NCBI GenBank assembly: GCA_035356615.1
Contig: DAOQSN010000007.1
Location: 56,192-120,191, forward strand
Length of the DNA: 64,000 nt
Source: Phycisphaerae bacterium
GTDB taxonomy: Bacteria > Planctomycetota > Phycisphaerae > UBA1845
Reading direction: 5' to 3'
Positions 28,418 through 38,839 of the stretch are shown here, piece after piece (positions within the stretch are counted from its first letter, which is position 1; the number at the start of each line of letters is the position of its first letter). The notes under the pieces were generated by a model that saw nothing but the letters and a program-made list of their open reading frames with translations, did not search any database and was not told where the DNA came from. Both the position numbers and the translations under genes were made by a program.

Positions 28418-29392
28418 CTAAACACGCGCCAGCGACAACTCCACGATGCGCTGACACAGTCGATCGAACTCAATCCCGACCCGGGCGGCAGCCTTCGGCA
28501 GCAGCGAATGGCTCGTGAACCCCGGAATCGTGTTCACCTCCAGCGCAAACGGCCGACCCGTCGCCTCCTCCACCATCCAATCCACGCGTGAAAACACCGC
28601 GCAGCCGAGTGCCTGGTGCGCGCACACACTCAGCTCCTGCATGCGCCGCAGCAGCTCCTCCGGCAGATCAAAGTCAAACAGGTACTTCGTCTCATCACTG
28701 AGATACTTCGCGTGGTAATCATAGAACTCACGCGCCGGGCGAATCTCACAAACCGGCAGCGCCTGATCACCCAGGATGCCGACGGTAAACTCACGCCCGG
28801 CGATAAAACGTTCCAGCAGCGCCTCCCCGTACTTGCTGACCAGTTCGCCGACCGTCGCACGTAGCGTCTCCGGCGTCCGGACGATGCAGGTATCCACGCT
28901 GCTGCCGGACGCCACCGGCTTGAGCATGGCCGGCGTGGCGAAACTCGCCACGACCTGCGCCAGGTTGCCCCGGTCCGCGACGGCATACGGCGGCGTCGGC
29001 ACACCCGCCCGTTCAAAGCAGCGCTTGGCCTCGACCTTGTTCATCGCCCGCGCCGAGGCCTCCGCGCCCGAGCCGCAATACGGCACGCCGCGCCGGTCCA
29101 GCTCCGCCTGCAACGTCCCATCCTCACCGAACGGGCCGTGCAGGGCGATGAACACGAAATCTCCCGCGTCCTCCAGCGCCGAAAGGTCATCCGGCGTGAT
29201 GTCCCGCAGGCGCACGCGATGCCCGAGGCGAGCGAGCGCCGCATGCACTGCCCGCCCGCTTTCGAGGCTGACCTCGCGCTCGCCCCCGATGCCGCCGGCC
29301 AGCACGGTGATGCTCAACGGACGCGCGGGCGCAGCCTCGGGTCGATTCGCCGCCGTCCGCACGCTCGTCCGGGCCTGGCCGGGTTTGCCCAT
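28418..29392 (-). CDS. ddl: D-alanine--D-alanine ligase
   Basis: ATP-grasp Ddl pattern (HGPFGEDGTLQ, EVNTIPG). Confidence 0.9.
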   Translation of the reverse strand: MGKPGQARTSVRTAANRPEAAPARPLSITVLAGGIGGEREVSLESGRAVHAALARLGHRVRLRDITPDDLSALEDAGDFVFIALHGPFGEDGTLQAELDRRGVPYCGSGAEASARAMNKVEAKRCFERAGVPTPPYAVADRGNLAQVVASFATPAMLKPVASGSSVDTCIVRTPETLRATVGELVSKYGEALLERFIAGREFTVGILGDQALPVCEIRPAREFYDYHAKYLSDETKYLFDFDLPEELLRRMQELSVCAHQALGCAVFSRVDWMVEEATGRPFALEVNTIPGFTSHSLLPKAAARVGIEFDRLCQRIVELSLARV

Positions 29393-29406
29393 CGTCTCTC
29401 GCCCCC

Positions 29407-30285
29407 CTACCAGATATCCACTTCCGGTTCCAGCTCAACGCCGAACCGGTCACGCACGGTATCTCGAATGGACTCCATAAGGTCCAGCACGTCCCCAGCC
29501 GTGGCGTCCTTGTCCGCCACGATGAAGTTGGCATGCCGCGTCGAAACCGCCGCCCCGCCGCGGCGCATGCCTTTCAGTCCCGCTTGGTCAATGAGCCGGC
29601 CCGCGTAATCGCCCGGCGGGTTCTTGAACATGCAGCCCGCGCTGCGATCCGCCAGCGGCTGGGCCGCCACCTTGCGGGCCAGCGCGGCATCGAATCGCGC
29701 CCGCGACTCGCGCGGATCATCCTCAACCAGCTCCAACCAGGCTGACAACACGATCGCCTCGCCCAGGGCACTGTGCCGGTAGCCGAAGCCAAGGCGGTCC
29801 CGATCCCACGTTTCGACGTGGCCGGCGGGCGCAAGCACGTCGGCCTCACGCACGCGGTCGCCGATCGAGCCGGCCGGACCGCCCGCGTTCATGCGCACGG
29901 CGCCGCCGATCGTACCGGGAATCCCGGCCAGACACTCCAATCCCGCCAGCCCTTCGTAGCTCAGTGATTTCACCAGGGGCATCAGATCGACACCGCCGCC
30001 CACCCGCACGTTGGTCCCCTCACGCCGAATCCGCCGAAACGCCGGCTGATCCAGCCGCACGACAACGCCGTCGAACCCGTCGTCACGCACCAGCACATTC
30101 GCCCCAGCGCCGAGCACCTTCACCGGCACGCCGGCCTCGCGCGCCCGGCAGACCACGGCCGCCAAGTCGTCCGCGTCCCGGGGGCGCACGAGGTATCGTC
30201 CCCGCCCGCCCAAACGGAACCACGTCATGCGACCGATGGGCGCGTCGAGCTCCGTCCTATTGGCAAACTCGTCCCACCAGCTCAT
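29407..30285 (-). CDS. murB: UDP-N-acetylenolpyruvoylglucosamine reductase
   Basis: FAD-binding MurB pattern (FRLGGRGRY, GAGANVLV, GCMFKNP). AAGGTGG upstream of the ATG at 30285. Overlaps the murC 3' end. Confidence 0.9.
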   Translation of the reverse strand: MSWWDEFANRTELDAPIGRMTWFRLGGRGRYLVRPRDADDLAAVVCRAREAGVPVKVLGAGANVLVRDDGFDGVVVRLDQPAFRRIRREGTNVRVGGGVDLMPLVKSLSYEGLAGLECLAGIPGTIGGAVRMNAGGPAGSIGDRVREADVLAPAGHVETWDRDRLGFGYRHSALGEAIVLSAWLELVEDDPRESRARFDAALARKVAAQPLADRSAGCMFKNPPGDYAGRLIDQAGLKGMRRGGAAVSTRHANFIVADKDATAGDVLDLMESIRDTVRDRFGVELEPEVDIW

Positions 30286-31687
30286 CCGCCACCTTCCACA
30301 CGTCACCCGCCCCCATCGTCAGCACCAGGTCCCCTTCCGTCACATGCGTGGCTACGTGCTCGGCGGCCGCGGCCAGGGTGGGCAGGTGCCGGGCGTGTCC
30401 CCCGCGCTCGGCAATGCGGTGGACGAGCTCGGCCGAGCCGACCCCCGCCATCGCCTCCGCCGTCTCGCGCGCCCCGTACACGTCGGGCACGATCACCTCG
30501 TCGGCCTGGCTGAACGCACCGGCAAACTCCTCGAGCAGATGCCGCGTGCGCGAGTACTGGTGCGGCTGGAAGACCACCCAGGTACGCCGCGGCTCATAAC
30601 GCGAACGCACCGCCTCGATCGTCAGACGGATTTCCGTGGGATGGTGGGCGTAGTCATCGACGACCGTAATCCCGTGCCCCTGCCCCCGCATCGTCAGCCG
30701 GCGACCCACGCCGTGAAACTCCGGCACTGCCGCCGCGACGGCCTCCACATTCGCCCCCGCGTCATTGGCGAGGGCAATGGCCGCCAGGGCATTCGCCACG
30801 TTGTAGCGCCCGGGAAGAGCCAGCGAGGTCGTCAACACGTAGTCCCCGCCGTGCATCACGTCGAACCGGTAGCAACCGCGCGTGCACACCAGGTTGACCG
30901 CCCGCCAGTCGGCGTGCTCCCCGAAGCCGAAGGTCGCCACGCGCGACGCGGCCGACCGCCCTACCTCCACCGCCCAAGCGTCATGCGCGTAGCAGACCAG
31001 CAGTCCGTCGGGCGCGACCTGGCTCGCGAACGCCCGGAACGCGTCCACGATCTCCGCGAAGCTGCCGTAGCAGTCGAAGTGGTCCGGCTCGACGTTGAGC
31101 ACGGCCCCGTAGCGCGGGTTCAGGTGCAGGAATGACCGATCGTACTCGCACGCCTCGACGATCAGGTACGGATCAGCACCCAGCCCGCCGTTCCCCCCAA
31201 GCTGGTCGGCACAGGCGCCTACCACGTAGGAGGCCTGCACCCCGCCGGCGCGGAATAGGTGCGTTGCCAGGGCTGTCGTCGTGCTCTTGCCGTGCGTGCC
31301 CGCGATGGCCACCCCCGCCCGGTCCTCCATCAGCAGGCCCAGCAGCTTGGCATACTTGATCAGCGGGACGCCCAGCTCCCGCGCGCGTTGACACTCGGGA
31401 TTGCCGTCGGGCACGGCCGCACTACGGACCACGAGCCGGACGTCCGGCGTCACCTGCTCCGCCCGGTGCCCGATGGCCACCCGGATGCCGCGCGCGGTGA
31501 GCCGACCGACACCCTCGAAAGGCTGCATGTCGGAGCCGGAGACGACGGCACCGGCCTCCGCCAGCAGGCAGGCAGCCCCGTTCATCCCGCAGCCGCCGAC
31601 GCCCACCATGTGCACGCGCAGACCGGCCCAGCGCCCCACCGGCACCTGCTCCCTCAGCATCGTGGGCGCGCCCATCGACTCGGACAT
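30257..31687 (-). CDS. murC: UDP-N-acetylmuramate--L-alanine ligase
   Basis: VHMVGVGGCGMNG and GTHGKSTTT Mur-ligase motifs. AGGAAGGA Shine-Dalgarno. Confidence 0.9.
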   Translation of the reverse strand: MSESMGAPTMLREQVPVGRWAGLRVHMVGVGGCGMNGAACLLAEAGAVVSGSDMQPFEGVGRLTARGIRVAIGHRAEQVTPDVRLVVRSAAVPDGNPECQRARELGVPLIKYAKLLGLLMEDRAGVAIAGTHGKSTTTALATHLFRAGGVQASYVVGACADQLGGNGGLGADPYLIVEACEYDRSFLHLNPRYGAVLNVEPDHFDCYGSFAEIVDAFRAFASQVAPDGLLVCYAHDAWAVEVGRSAASRVATFGFGEHADWRAVNLVCTRGCYRFDVMHGGDYVLTTSLALPGRYNVANALAAIALANDAGANVEAVAAAVPEFHGVGRRLTMRGQGHGITVVDDYAHHPTEIRLTIEAVRSRYEPRRTWVVFQPHQYSRTRHLLEEFAGAFSQADEVIVPDVYGARETAEAMAGVGSAELVHRIAERGGHARHLPTLAAAAEHVATHVTEGDLVLTMGAGDVWKVADELVGRVCQ

Positions 31688-31781
31688 GGACGGATCCTTC
31701 CTGCTAATCGTGAGGCTTCGGCCCTCCGGGCTTTGACCGCTCCTTTGTACCCCGGGCGCCGCGGATAGTATATCGGGAAAC

Positions 31782-32948
31782 TCAATAACTCGCCTGCACG
31801 GATTCGCACGACACGCCCCGCGCCAGCATCAGCACACGGTCGGCGATCCTCCCGGCCGCGTCCGCACATCCCATTCGCCGCGCCGCCCCTGTCAGCGTTT
31901 CCAGCATCTGATCGTCAGTCATCAACTCGTCCAGCACGGCACCGAGCGCCGGACCGTTCTGCTCCACGTGCGTCGTATCCGCCACGATCCGCGCCGCCCC
32001 CCGCCGCTCCAGGCACCGGGCGTTGGCAAGCTGATGCATATCACGGTGAAACGGATACGGCATCAGCACTGACGCCCTCCCCACGGCCGTGATCTCCGCC
32101 AGCGTCGAGGCTCCAGCCCGCGACAGCACCAAGTCCGCGGCCGCCAGCGCCGCCGGCATCGCTTCCGTGTACGACAGCACCCGCGCGGGCAGCCGCCGCC
32201 CCTGGTAGGCGGCCGCCACCCGTTCGTAGTCCAGCTTCCCAGTCAGGTGCAAGACCTGCCAACCCCCGTGCTGCTCCAGGCGGTCGAGGTTCGCCACCAA
32301 CGCGTCATTCAGCGTGCGCGCGCCCTGCGAAGCACCCGTGGCCAGCAGCGTCCGACGTGCCGGATCGAGGTCAAAGTGCCGGACACCGGCCGCTCGGTCC
32401 GGCGTCCCGAACCCCGGCCGGATCGCGCAGCCCAACGCCTCCAGCCGCGTGCCGCGGGGGAAGTGTCGAATACTGTCTTCCCACTGGACAAAGACGGCAT
32501 CCATCCGTCGGGCGAGAAACCGGTTGGCCCGGCCGGGGATTGCGTCGGGGTTGAGAAGGGCTGCCGGAATGCCCGCCCGCAGCGCCTCCAGAACCGCAGG
32601 AACCGAGGCCAACCCCCCCGTTCCCAGTACCAACATCGGCCGCTGCCGCTCAAACCACGCCCTCGCCTGCCGGCGCGCCCGTGACAGGCCTCGCAGGATG
32701 CCCGGCCAACGCCATGGCGCAGGGTGCAATGGCGGAAGCGATTGACGCACCAGCGTACACGCCTCGCGGCCACCAAGAATCTGCTCGTCAATCGCCCGGT
32801 CCGTCGCGAAGAAGACGAACCGCAACTGCGCCAGTCGCTCACGCAGCACTTCCGCGACCGCAAGCGCGGGGTACAGGTGTCCACCCGTGCCGCCGCCCGC
32901 CACGGCAACTACCGGATCCCGCACGTCCGTCGCAGTGCCCGCCGACAT
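31782..32948 (-). CDS. murG: undecaprenyldiphospho-muramoylpentapeptide beta-N-acetylglucosaminyltransferase
   Basis: AGGGTGGHLYPALAVAE motif. The ATG at 32948 is preferred over the GTG at 32999. Confidence 0.9.
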   Translation of the reverse strand: MSAGTATDVRDPVVAVAGGGTGGHLYPALAVAEVLRERLAQLRFVFFATDRAIDEQILGGREACTLVRQSLPPLHPAPWRWPGILRGLSRARRQARAWFERQRPMLVLGTGGLASVPAVLEALRAGIPAALLNPDAIPGRANRFLARRMDAVFVQWEDSIRHFPRGTRLEALGCAIRPGFGTPDRAAGVRHFDLDPARRTLLATGASQGARTLNDALVANLDRLEQHGGWQVLHLTGKLDYERVAAAYQGRRLPARVLSYTEAMPAALAAADLVLSRAGASTLAEITAVGRASVLMPYPFHRDMHQLANARCLERRGAARIVADTTHVEQNGPALGAVLDELMTDDQMLETLTGAARRMGCADAAGRIADRVLMLARGVSCESVQASY

Positions 32949-33048
32949 CGTCTTCCCGTCCGTGCTGATTCGCGGCACGTTCGTGCGCGGCACAGCCACC
33001 TAGGCGGTACCGCAACAGCCTCACGAGCGTGGGACCACGCACACTCGG

Positions 33049-34311
33049 TTAGTCATCCGCCGTGCGCGTGCTCACCACCGGGTCGCGAGCACGCGCCGCC
33101 AACCCCGCCAGGAGTCCGAACGCGACCGCGAACGTCAGCACTCCACTCCCCCCGGCCGACACCAATGGCAGCGAAATCCCCTTCGTGGGCGCCGCCGCAC
33201 TAACGACCGCGATGTGCATGGCCGCTTGCAGCCCAATCGTCACCGTAACACCGAACGCCAGCAGCCGCTCAAACCGAGACCGAGCGTGTTGCACCACGCG
33301 CATGCCGAAGTAAACAAGCGCCGCATACAGCCCGACAACCGCCAAGGCCCCTACGAGCCCCGTTTCTTCACAAATTACAGAATAAATGAAATCCGTGCGG
33401 CTCTCTGGAACGTAGCCGTACTTCTGCACGCCGGCCCCGAGCCCCATCCCTGCCACACCGCCGGACGCAATCGTCACCAACGACTGCGTGGCGTGGTACG
33501 CAGCGCCTTGGGGATCTGCCTCCGGGTTGGCAAAGGCCGTCAGCCGCGCCACCCGGTACGGCGCCATCTTCACGAGGCCGATCGCGCCGGCCATGCCCAG
33601 CAGAGCCAGCACGGCCAGATAGCGCCAGCGACAGCCCGCCACCAGCAGCATCATTGCCCCAACCGTCCCGATCAGGGCTGCGGTGCCGAAGTCCTCGATC
33701 CCGACCAAGGCCACACTCGCCCCGATGAACAGCGAACCGGGGACGAAGCCCGACCAGAAGCCGCGCGGATCATGGCGTCGCCGCCCAAACCAGCCTGCCA
33801 AGGCACCCGCGAGCGCCAGCTTCGCCAGCTCGGAGGGCTGAAAACGAAACCCCCAGGAGGCCGGGCCCACGGGCAGCCACCGCTGCGACCCATGCCGCGC
33901 ATGCCCGATGCCCGGCACCAGCGTGATCACCAGCACGGCCGCCACCAATGCGAACACCACGAAGGGGAGCACCCGGCGTGTGGGTCGCCACGAGACTACC
34001 GCGGGCGTGAGCCTGGCCGTCGCTACCATGAGCCCCAGCCCGAACAGAGCGAAGATCACCTGCCGCCCGAACGGCGTGAGCCACCAGCGCGGCCCGAACA
34101 GCGAGTGATCGAGCGACGCGCTCGTCGAGGCAACCATGACGACACCGATCGCCATGAGCGCGCAGGCGATGAGCATGATGGGGCTCGACGTGCCGGCCCC
34201 GATCGCCGCGGCCGCGCTTCGCGCCGAGGCCGCACCGGAGGCAGCGCCGACCACAGCCCCATCCTCATCCGCGTCCATCGCCCGATCACCGCCACGGACC
34301 AGTTGCGTCAT
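33049..34311 (-). CDS. ftsW: SEDS-family peptidoglycan glycosyltransferase FtsW/RodA
   Basis: Polytopic with a SEDS pattern (SELAKLAL, PESRTDFIYSVICEE, GISLPLVSAGGS). The track N-terminus (34312-34434) reads through the family-A repeat, so the start is taken at ATG 34311. Confidence 0.85.
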   Translation of the reverse strand: MTQLVRGGDRAMDADEDGAVVGAASGAASARSAAAAIGAGTSSPIMLIACALMAIGVVMVASTSASLDHSLFGPRWWLTPFGRQVIFALFGLGLMVATARLTPAVVSWRPTRRVLPFVVFALVAAVLVITLVPGIGHARHGSQRWLPVGPASWGFRFQPSELAKLALAGALAGWFGRRRHDPRGFWSGFVPGSLFIGASVALVGIEDFGTAALIGTVGAMMLLVAGCRWRYLAVLALLGMAGAIGLVKMAPYRVARLTAFANPEADPQGAAYHATQSLVTIASGGVAGMGLGAGVQKYGYVPESRTDFIYSVICEETGLVGALAVVGLYAALVYFGMRVVQHARSRFERLLAFGVTVTIGLQAAMHIAVVSAAAPTKGISLPLVSAGGSGVLTFAVAFGLLAGLAARARDPVVSTRTADD

Positions 34312-34337
34312 CCTATGCCCCCCACCAAGTAGCCCCA

Positions 34338-34483
34338 CGCAACGGGGAGACCGACAGTTGAGACAGAGTGGCATGGCCAAGCGCAGCGCCGCCATGCTCT
34401 CCCCTGGGCGAGCGGGTGGCTGCTCGCACGGCATGCCGGCGCCTTCGGCTTGGGCATGCCACCCCGCTGGTTTCCCATCTGCG
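34338..34483 (+). repeat. family-A ~150-nt quasi-palindromic element, copy 2 (mraY|ftsW gap)
   Basis: GTGGCATGGCCAAGCGCAGCGCCGCCATGCTC...GCATGCCGGCGCCTTCGGCTTGGGCATGCCACC with outer arms CGCAACGGGGAGACC / GGTTTCCCATCTGCG. Confidence 0.9.
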
Positions 34484-34497
34484 CGGTCCCATAGAGC

Positions 34498-35640
34498 TCA
34501 ACGCAGCTTGATGGTCGCCAGGGCGCACCCGGCGAACAGCGCCGCCAGCAGCCAGAACCGCACCACCGTTTGAGGCTCACTCCAGCCGCCCAGGTGGAAA
34601 TGATGATGCAGCGGCGAGCAGCGGAAGATGCGTTTGCCGCCGCTGAACTTGTAGTATCCCACCTGGATGATGACCGAGATCGCCTCCACGACAAACACCC
34701 CGCCGGCAATAAGTAGCATCAACTCCTGCCGGGTGACGATCGCGACGAACCCGATAAGCCCGCCCAGCGGCAAGGAACCCGTGTCCCCCATGAACACCCG
34801 CGCCGGGTGGCAGTTGTACCACAGGAACCCGAGGCACGAACCCAGTATCGCCCCGCAGAGGATCACCAGCTCGCCCCCGCGCGGCACGTACGGAAAGAGC
34901 AGTTTGTGGGCAAGCCCCTCGGTGCCCCCGATGTGCGCCAGGATGGCGAACACCAGCGCGCACAAGGCCACGCACCCGGACGCCAGCCCGTCCATCCCGT
35001 CGGTCAGATTGACGGCGTTGGACGACGCGGTCATCACGATGACCGTCACGGCCATGAACGCCAGCGCTCCGAGTTGGAGCCCCGCCTTGTAGAACGGTAC
35101 CGACAACACGCGGTACGCCGGCACCGTGCCCGCCTCCACCAGCGGACTGAGCTGGATGTAGTTGCTCTGGCCGTGGCGGAAGATGTAGTAACCCAGCACC
35201 ACGCCGAGGCCCATCTGGAAGAGCAGCTTCTCGTAGCCCTTCAGGCCGACGCGGGATCCCGTTCGGCGCCCGGCCGTCAGCTTCAGCCAGTCATCCACCA
35301 GCCCCAGGGCCCCGAGCCACACCAGGCATACCAAGCTCATGCGGATGTAGAAGTTGCTCAGGTCGGCAAGCAGCAGGACGGCCAGCCCGATGGCCCCGAG
35401 GATCAGCGCCCCGCCCATCGTCGGGACGTTGGTCTTGTCACGCGTGAGCTCGTTGAGCGTGGCGTGGTCGAACTCCGGCCGGTCGCCGACCTTGTAGCGA
35501 ATGAGCTGGCGGATGACGCGCGGGGCCACAACCAACACGAGCAGGAAGCAGAACAGCGCCGCGGCCGTCGCGCGAAACAGGGGATTCTCGTAGGCGTAAT
35601 GCCGTCCGGCGAACAGCTCTTGCAGGAGATGATAGAGCAC
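34498..35640 (-). CDS. mraY: phospho-N-acetylmuramoyl-pentapeptide transferase
   Basis: MraY motifs (NLTDGMDGLA, FMGDTGSL, HHHF). GTG at 35640 gives MLYHLLQELF, with GGGAGA 11 nt upstream. Confidence 0.9.
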   Translation of the reverse strand: MLYHLLQELFAGRHYAYENPLFRATAAALFCFLLVLVVAPRVIRQLIRYKVGDRPEFDHATLNELTRDKTNVPTMGGALILGAIGLAVLLLADLSNFYIRMSLVCLVWLGALGLVDDWLKLTAGRRTGSRVGLKGYEKLLFQMGLGVVLGYYIFRHGQSNYIQLSPLVEAGTVPAYRVLSVPFYKAGLQLGALAFMAVTVIVMTASSNAVNLTDGMDGLASGCVALCALVFAILAHIGGTEGLAHKLLFPYVPRGGELVILCGAILGSCLGFLWYNCHPARVFMGDTGSLPLGGLIGFVAIVTRQELMLLIAGGVFVVEAISVIIQVGYYKFSGGKRIFRCSPLHHHFHLGGWSEPQTVVRFWLLAALFAGCALATIKLR

Positions 35641-35753
35641 GCGGCATGATCTCCCGAACAAGCACCCGCTACAGCGTCGCCGGTACACCCCCCGTCCATG
35701 GCGGGTGGAAGTCGGGGGCTAACTGGCCCGAAGAATCGGAGTTCCCGCGCTCG

Positions 35754-35786
35754 CCCTCACCCTGCCCTCTCCCGGGGGGAGAGGGG
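35754..35786 (-). repeat. family-B repeat, inverted orientation (murF|mraY gap)
   Basis: CCCTCACCCTGCCCTCTCCCGGGGGGAGAGGGG. Confidence 0.8.
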
Positions 35787-35811
35787 TGCCAGCGGGTGAC
35801 GCCAGCGAAGC

Positions 35812-37218
35812 TCAGGCGACCGCGGCCGGGGCGGGAATGTGGGTCTCCAGCCGCCGCACGAGGCGATCCAGCTCCATGCCCCGTGAGCCCTTGATCCACA
35901 CCACGTGCTCCTCGCCCATCAACGTCGCCAGGGCCGCCAACGCACGCTCCTGATCTTCACAGACAAGGACCCGCGTGGACCCCGTTTCCCCGTGCAGGGA
36001 GCGCGCCGCCTGCACCGAAACGGGTCCCACCACGATGAGGGTCTCGATTCCCGCAGCGGCGACGGCCTCCACCACCCGACGGTGGTACTGGCCGGCGGTC
36101 GGCCCCAGTTCGAGCATATCGCCCATGACGAACACTCGCCGCCCGGCCGGGGCACGCTGCAAGGCCGCCACCGCGGCCAGCATGCTCGGCGGGTTGGCGT
36201 TGTAGGTGTCGTCCACGACCGTAACCCGGCCGACCGTGAAGCGGCGGGTTCGCCCGGCCGGCGGGGAGAACGTGCGGAGCCGCTCGACGATCTCCTCCGG
36301 CGCCAGGCCGAACCACCGCCCGACGGCAAACGCGGCGGCCGCGTTGGCGGCATGGTGCGGACCGGGCATCGGCAGCCGCACGGTATAGCGTCCATCCAGG
36401 ATGAACGTCGTCTCGTCGATGCTGCCGGCTACGTCTGTAATCCTCAGGCGTGCCTCCGGCGCCAGGCCGACCGTCACCAGACGCCCGTTGAACGTCCAGG
36501 GCAGGTGCGGGCGGATCTCGCGTCGGTCAATGTTAATCACGGCGAAGCCGTGGTCGCGTACGTGGGTCAGCAGGGAAGCCTTCTCGGCCGCGATCGCGCG
36601 GATGTCGCCCAAGCCCTCCAGGTGGGCCTCGCCAATCGACGTAATGACACCGACGTGCGGCTTGACCATGGCCGCCAGCGACGCCACCTCGCCGGGGGCG
36701 TTCGTCCCGATCTCGACGATCAGGTAGCGGTCGTCCGCCCCCGCGGAGAGGAGCGTCAGGGGGACGCCGAGGTGGTTGTTGAAGCTGCGCGGAGCGCTAC
36801 GGCCCCTGAGCGTGGGCGCCAGGATGTGGTCGATCATGCGCTTGGTGGTGGTCTTGCCGTTGCTACCGGTGACGGCGATCAGCACGGTCGAGGCCGGCAT
36901 GACGCTCCGCCGGTAGAAGACGGCAAGCTGCCCCAGAGCGGCCACGGCGTCGGGCACCACGAGCCGGGGCACCAACCGTCCCGGCGCTTCGACGGGCCCG
37001 CTGCCGCGCTCGACGAGACAGGCGACAGCCCCGCGCCGCGCCGCCTCCTCGACGAACTGGTGCCCGTCGAACGTCTTGCCCGACAGGGCCACAAACAAAT
37101 CGCCCGACTCGACCACCCGGGAGTCCGTAACCACGCGCTGGACCTGCACCGGTTCGATGCCGGCCGGCAGGGGTGCCCCCATGGCCACCGCCGCCTCATC
37201 GAGCAACATGGGAATCAT
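35812..37218 (-). CDS. murF: UDP-N-acetylmuramoyl-tripeptide--D-alanyl-D-alanine ligase
   Basis: Mur-ligase motifs (TGSNGKTTTK). The ATG at 37218 overlaps the murE stop as ATGA. Confidence 0.9.
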   Translation of the reverse strand: MIPMLLDEAAVAMGAPLPAGIEPVQVQRVVTDSRVVESGDLFVALSGKTFDGHQFVEEAARRGAVACLVERGSGPVEAPGRLVPRLVVPDAVAALGQLAVFYRRSVMPASTVLIAVTGSNGKTTTKRMIDHILAPTLRGRSAPRSFNNHLGVPLTLLSAGADDRYLIVEIGTNAPGEVASLAAMVKPHVGVITSIGEAHLEGLGDIRAIAAEKASLLTHVRDHGFAVINIDRREIRPHLPWTFNGRLVTVGLAPEARLRITDVAGSIDETTFILDGRYTVRLPMPGPHHAANAAAAFAVGRWFGLAPEEIVERLRTFSPPAGRTRRFTVGRVTVVDDTYNANPPSMLAAVAALQRAPAGRRVFVMGDMLELGPTAGQYHRRVVEAVAAAGIETLIVVGPVSVQAARSLHGETGSTRVLVCEDQERALAALATLMGEEHVVWIKGSRGMELDRLVRRLETHIPAPAAVA

Positions 37219-38726
37219 GCGACATGCTCCGCCATCCTTGACGCCGCCAGCCACGCCCGGGCTGTTTCCCGATCGTCGAAGTGTAGCACCTGATCTCCGA
37301 CGAGTTGATAGTCCTCATGCCCCTTCCCCGCAATCAGCACGGTGTCGCCGGGCCCGGCCTCGGTCAACGCCCGTTCAATGGCCTCTCGCCGGTCCGGGCA
37401 AACCTCAACCCGGCACCGCGGCTTCGCGCTGAAGCCCAGCAGAATCTCGTCGATGATCGCCTCGGGCCGCTCGGAACGCGGGTTGTCATTGGTCACCACG
37501 GCCAGGTCCGCGTTGCGCTCGACCACGGCCGCCATGCGCGGGCGTTTGGTGCGATCGCGGTCCCCGCCACAGCCGAAGACGCAGATCAGCCGACCCGGGG
37601 TGAGCGGTCGCAGCACGCTCAGCACGTGCTCCAGGGCGTCGTCCGTGTGGGCGTAGTCCACCAGCACCGTGAACGGACAGCCCGGCGGCTCGACGCGTTC
37701 GAGGCGCCCGGGTACGCCGCCCAGCCCCTCCAACCCGGTGCGAATCGCCGTCGGGGGGATGCCGAGTGCCGCCGCGCCTGCGGCCGCCGCCAGCGCGTTG
37801 TGCACATTGTGCCGCCCGATGAGGGGCAGGCCTACCTCCAACGCGGGGCCTGCGCCCTCGACTATGAATCGACTACCACGGCGCGAAAGCTCCAATCCGC
37901 GTGCGCACACCTCGACCGTCGCGTGATCGATCCCGTAACGCAGTGTGCGCCGCGCCGCACAGCCGGTCAACATCCTCTCCCACGCGGGGTCGTCGGCATT
38001 CACGACCGCGACGGCCTCGGCATCCAACCCGGCAAACAAACGCCGCTTGGCCGCCAGGTACCGGTCCATCGTCTGGTGATAGTCCAAATGGTCACCGGTA
38101 AGGTTCGTGAACACGCCGGCCGCGAAGGCCAGCCCGTCGCAGCGGTGTTGATCGAGGGCATGGGAGGACACCTCCAGCACGGCGTCCGTCGCTCCGGCAT
38201 CGGCCGCCTCCGCGAGCAACCGGCACACCTGTATGGAACCCGGCGTGGTGAGCGGTGCCTTGCAGCGGCGGCTGATGAGGTCATACTCGACCGTCCCCAG
38301 GAGAGCGGGGCGTCGCCCGGCCGCCTGGAGGATCGAGCGCAGCAGCCACGCGGTGGTCGTCTTGCCGTTCGTACCCGTGATGCCCACCAGCCGCAGGACA
38401 CGGGGACCGCCGGTCCCCACGCCGTAGTACGTCGCCGCCACTCTTGCCAGCGCCACGCGCACGTCGGGCACCTGCAAGGCGAGCACCCCCGCCGGCACGG
38501 GCACGTTGCGTTCGGTCAGCACCGCGGTTGCCCCGGCCGCCACCGCCGCCTCGATGAACCGGGCGCCGTCGGCCCGGTTGCCCGGCACGGCCGCGAACAT
38601 CGCCCCGGGGATGACTTCGCGCGAGTCGTCGGTCAGCACGGTAACGGGGACATCAGGGCCCCAACAGCCTTCGACCGTCGTGACGCCGGCGCGTCGAAGA
38701 AGCTCGCGTGCCGAAAAAGGGGACAT
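37215..38726 (-). CDS. murE: UDP-N-acetylmuramoyl-L-alanyl-D-glutamate--2,6-diaminopimelate ligase
   Basis: GITGTNGKTTT and the DAP-specific DNPR motif (TNDNPRSE). ATG at 38726; the alternative start is GTG at 38753. Confidence 0.9.
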   Translation of the reverse strand: MSPFSARELLRRAGVTTVEGCWGPDVPVTVLTDDSREVIPGAMFAAVPGNRADGARFIEAAVAAGATAVLTERNVPVPAGVLALQVPDVRVALARVAATYYGVGTGGPRVLRLVGITGTNGKTTTAWLLRSILQAAGRRPALLGTVEYDLISRRCKAPLTTPGSIQVCRLLAEAADAGATDAVLEVSSHALDQHRCDGLAFAAGVFTNLTGDHLDYHQTMDRYLAAKRRLFAGLDAEAVAVVNADDPAWERMLTGCAARRTLRYGIDHATVEVCARGLELSRRGSRFIVEGAGPALEVGLPLIGRHNVHNALAAAAGAAALGIPPTAIRTGLEGLGGVPGRLERVEPPGCPFTVLVDYAHTDDALEHVLSVLRPLTPGRLICVFGCGGDRDRTKRPRMAAVVERNADLAVVTNDNPRSERPEAIIDEILLGFSAKPRCRVEVCPDRREAIERALTEAGPGDTVLIAGKGHEDYQLVGDQVLHFDDRETARAWLAASRMAEHVA

Positions 38727-38839
38727 CACTGATTTGCCTGCTGTGGGTGCCACGGTCCTGGGTTACCGCCTCCGTTTCACGGGGACCTCCATTTTTCGCC
38801 GGGGGTAAACGGGAAAACCAGTGATGCTCCCTTTCCCTT

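Noticed and set aside
34312-34434. N-terminal extensions of track ORFs that contain peptides such as MAALRLAMP or GMPKPKAPAC. Affected: ftsW 34312-34434, citDE 51965-52171, hydro-lyase 55596-55745. Similar extensions occur at glnS 44288-44932 and the dehydrogenase 57051-57350.
   Set aside because: These extensions read straight through the family-A repeat or other intergenic DNA. Downstream starts give canonical N-termini and better Shine-Dalgarno sequences.
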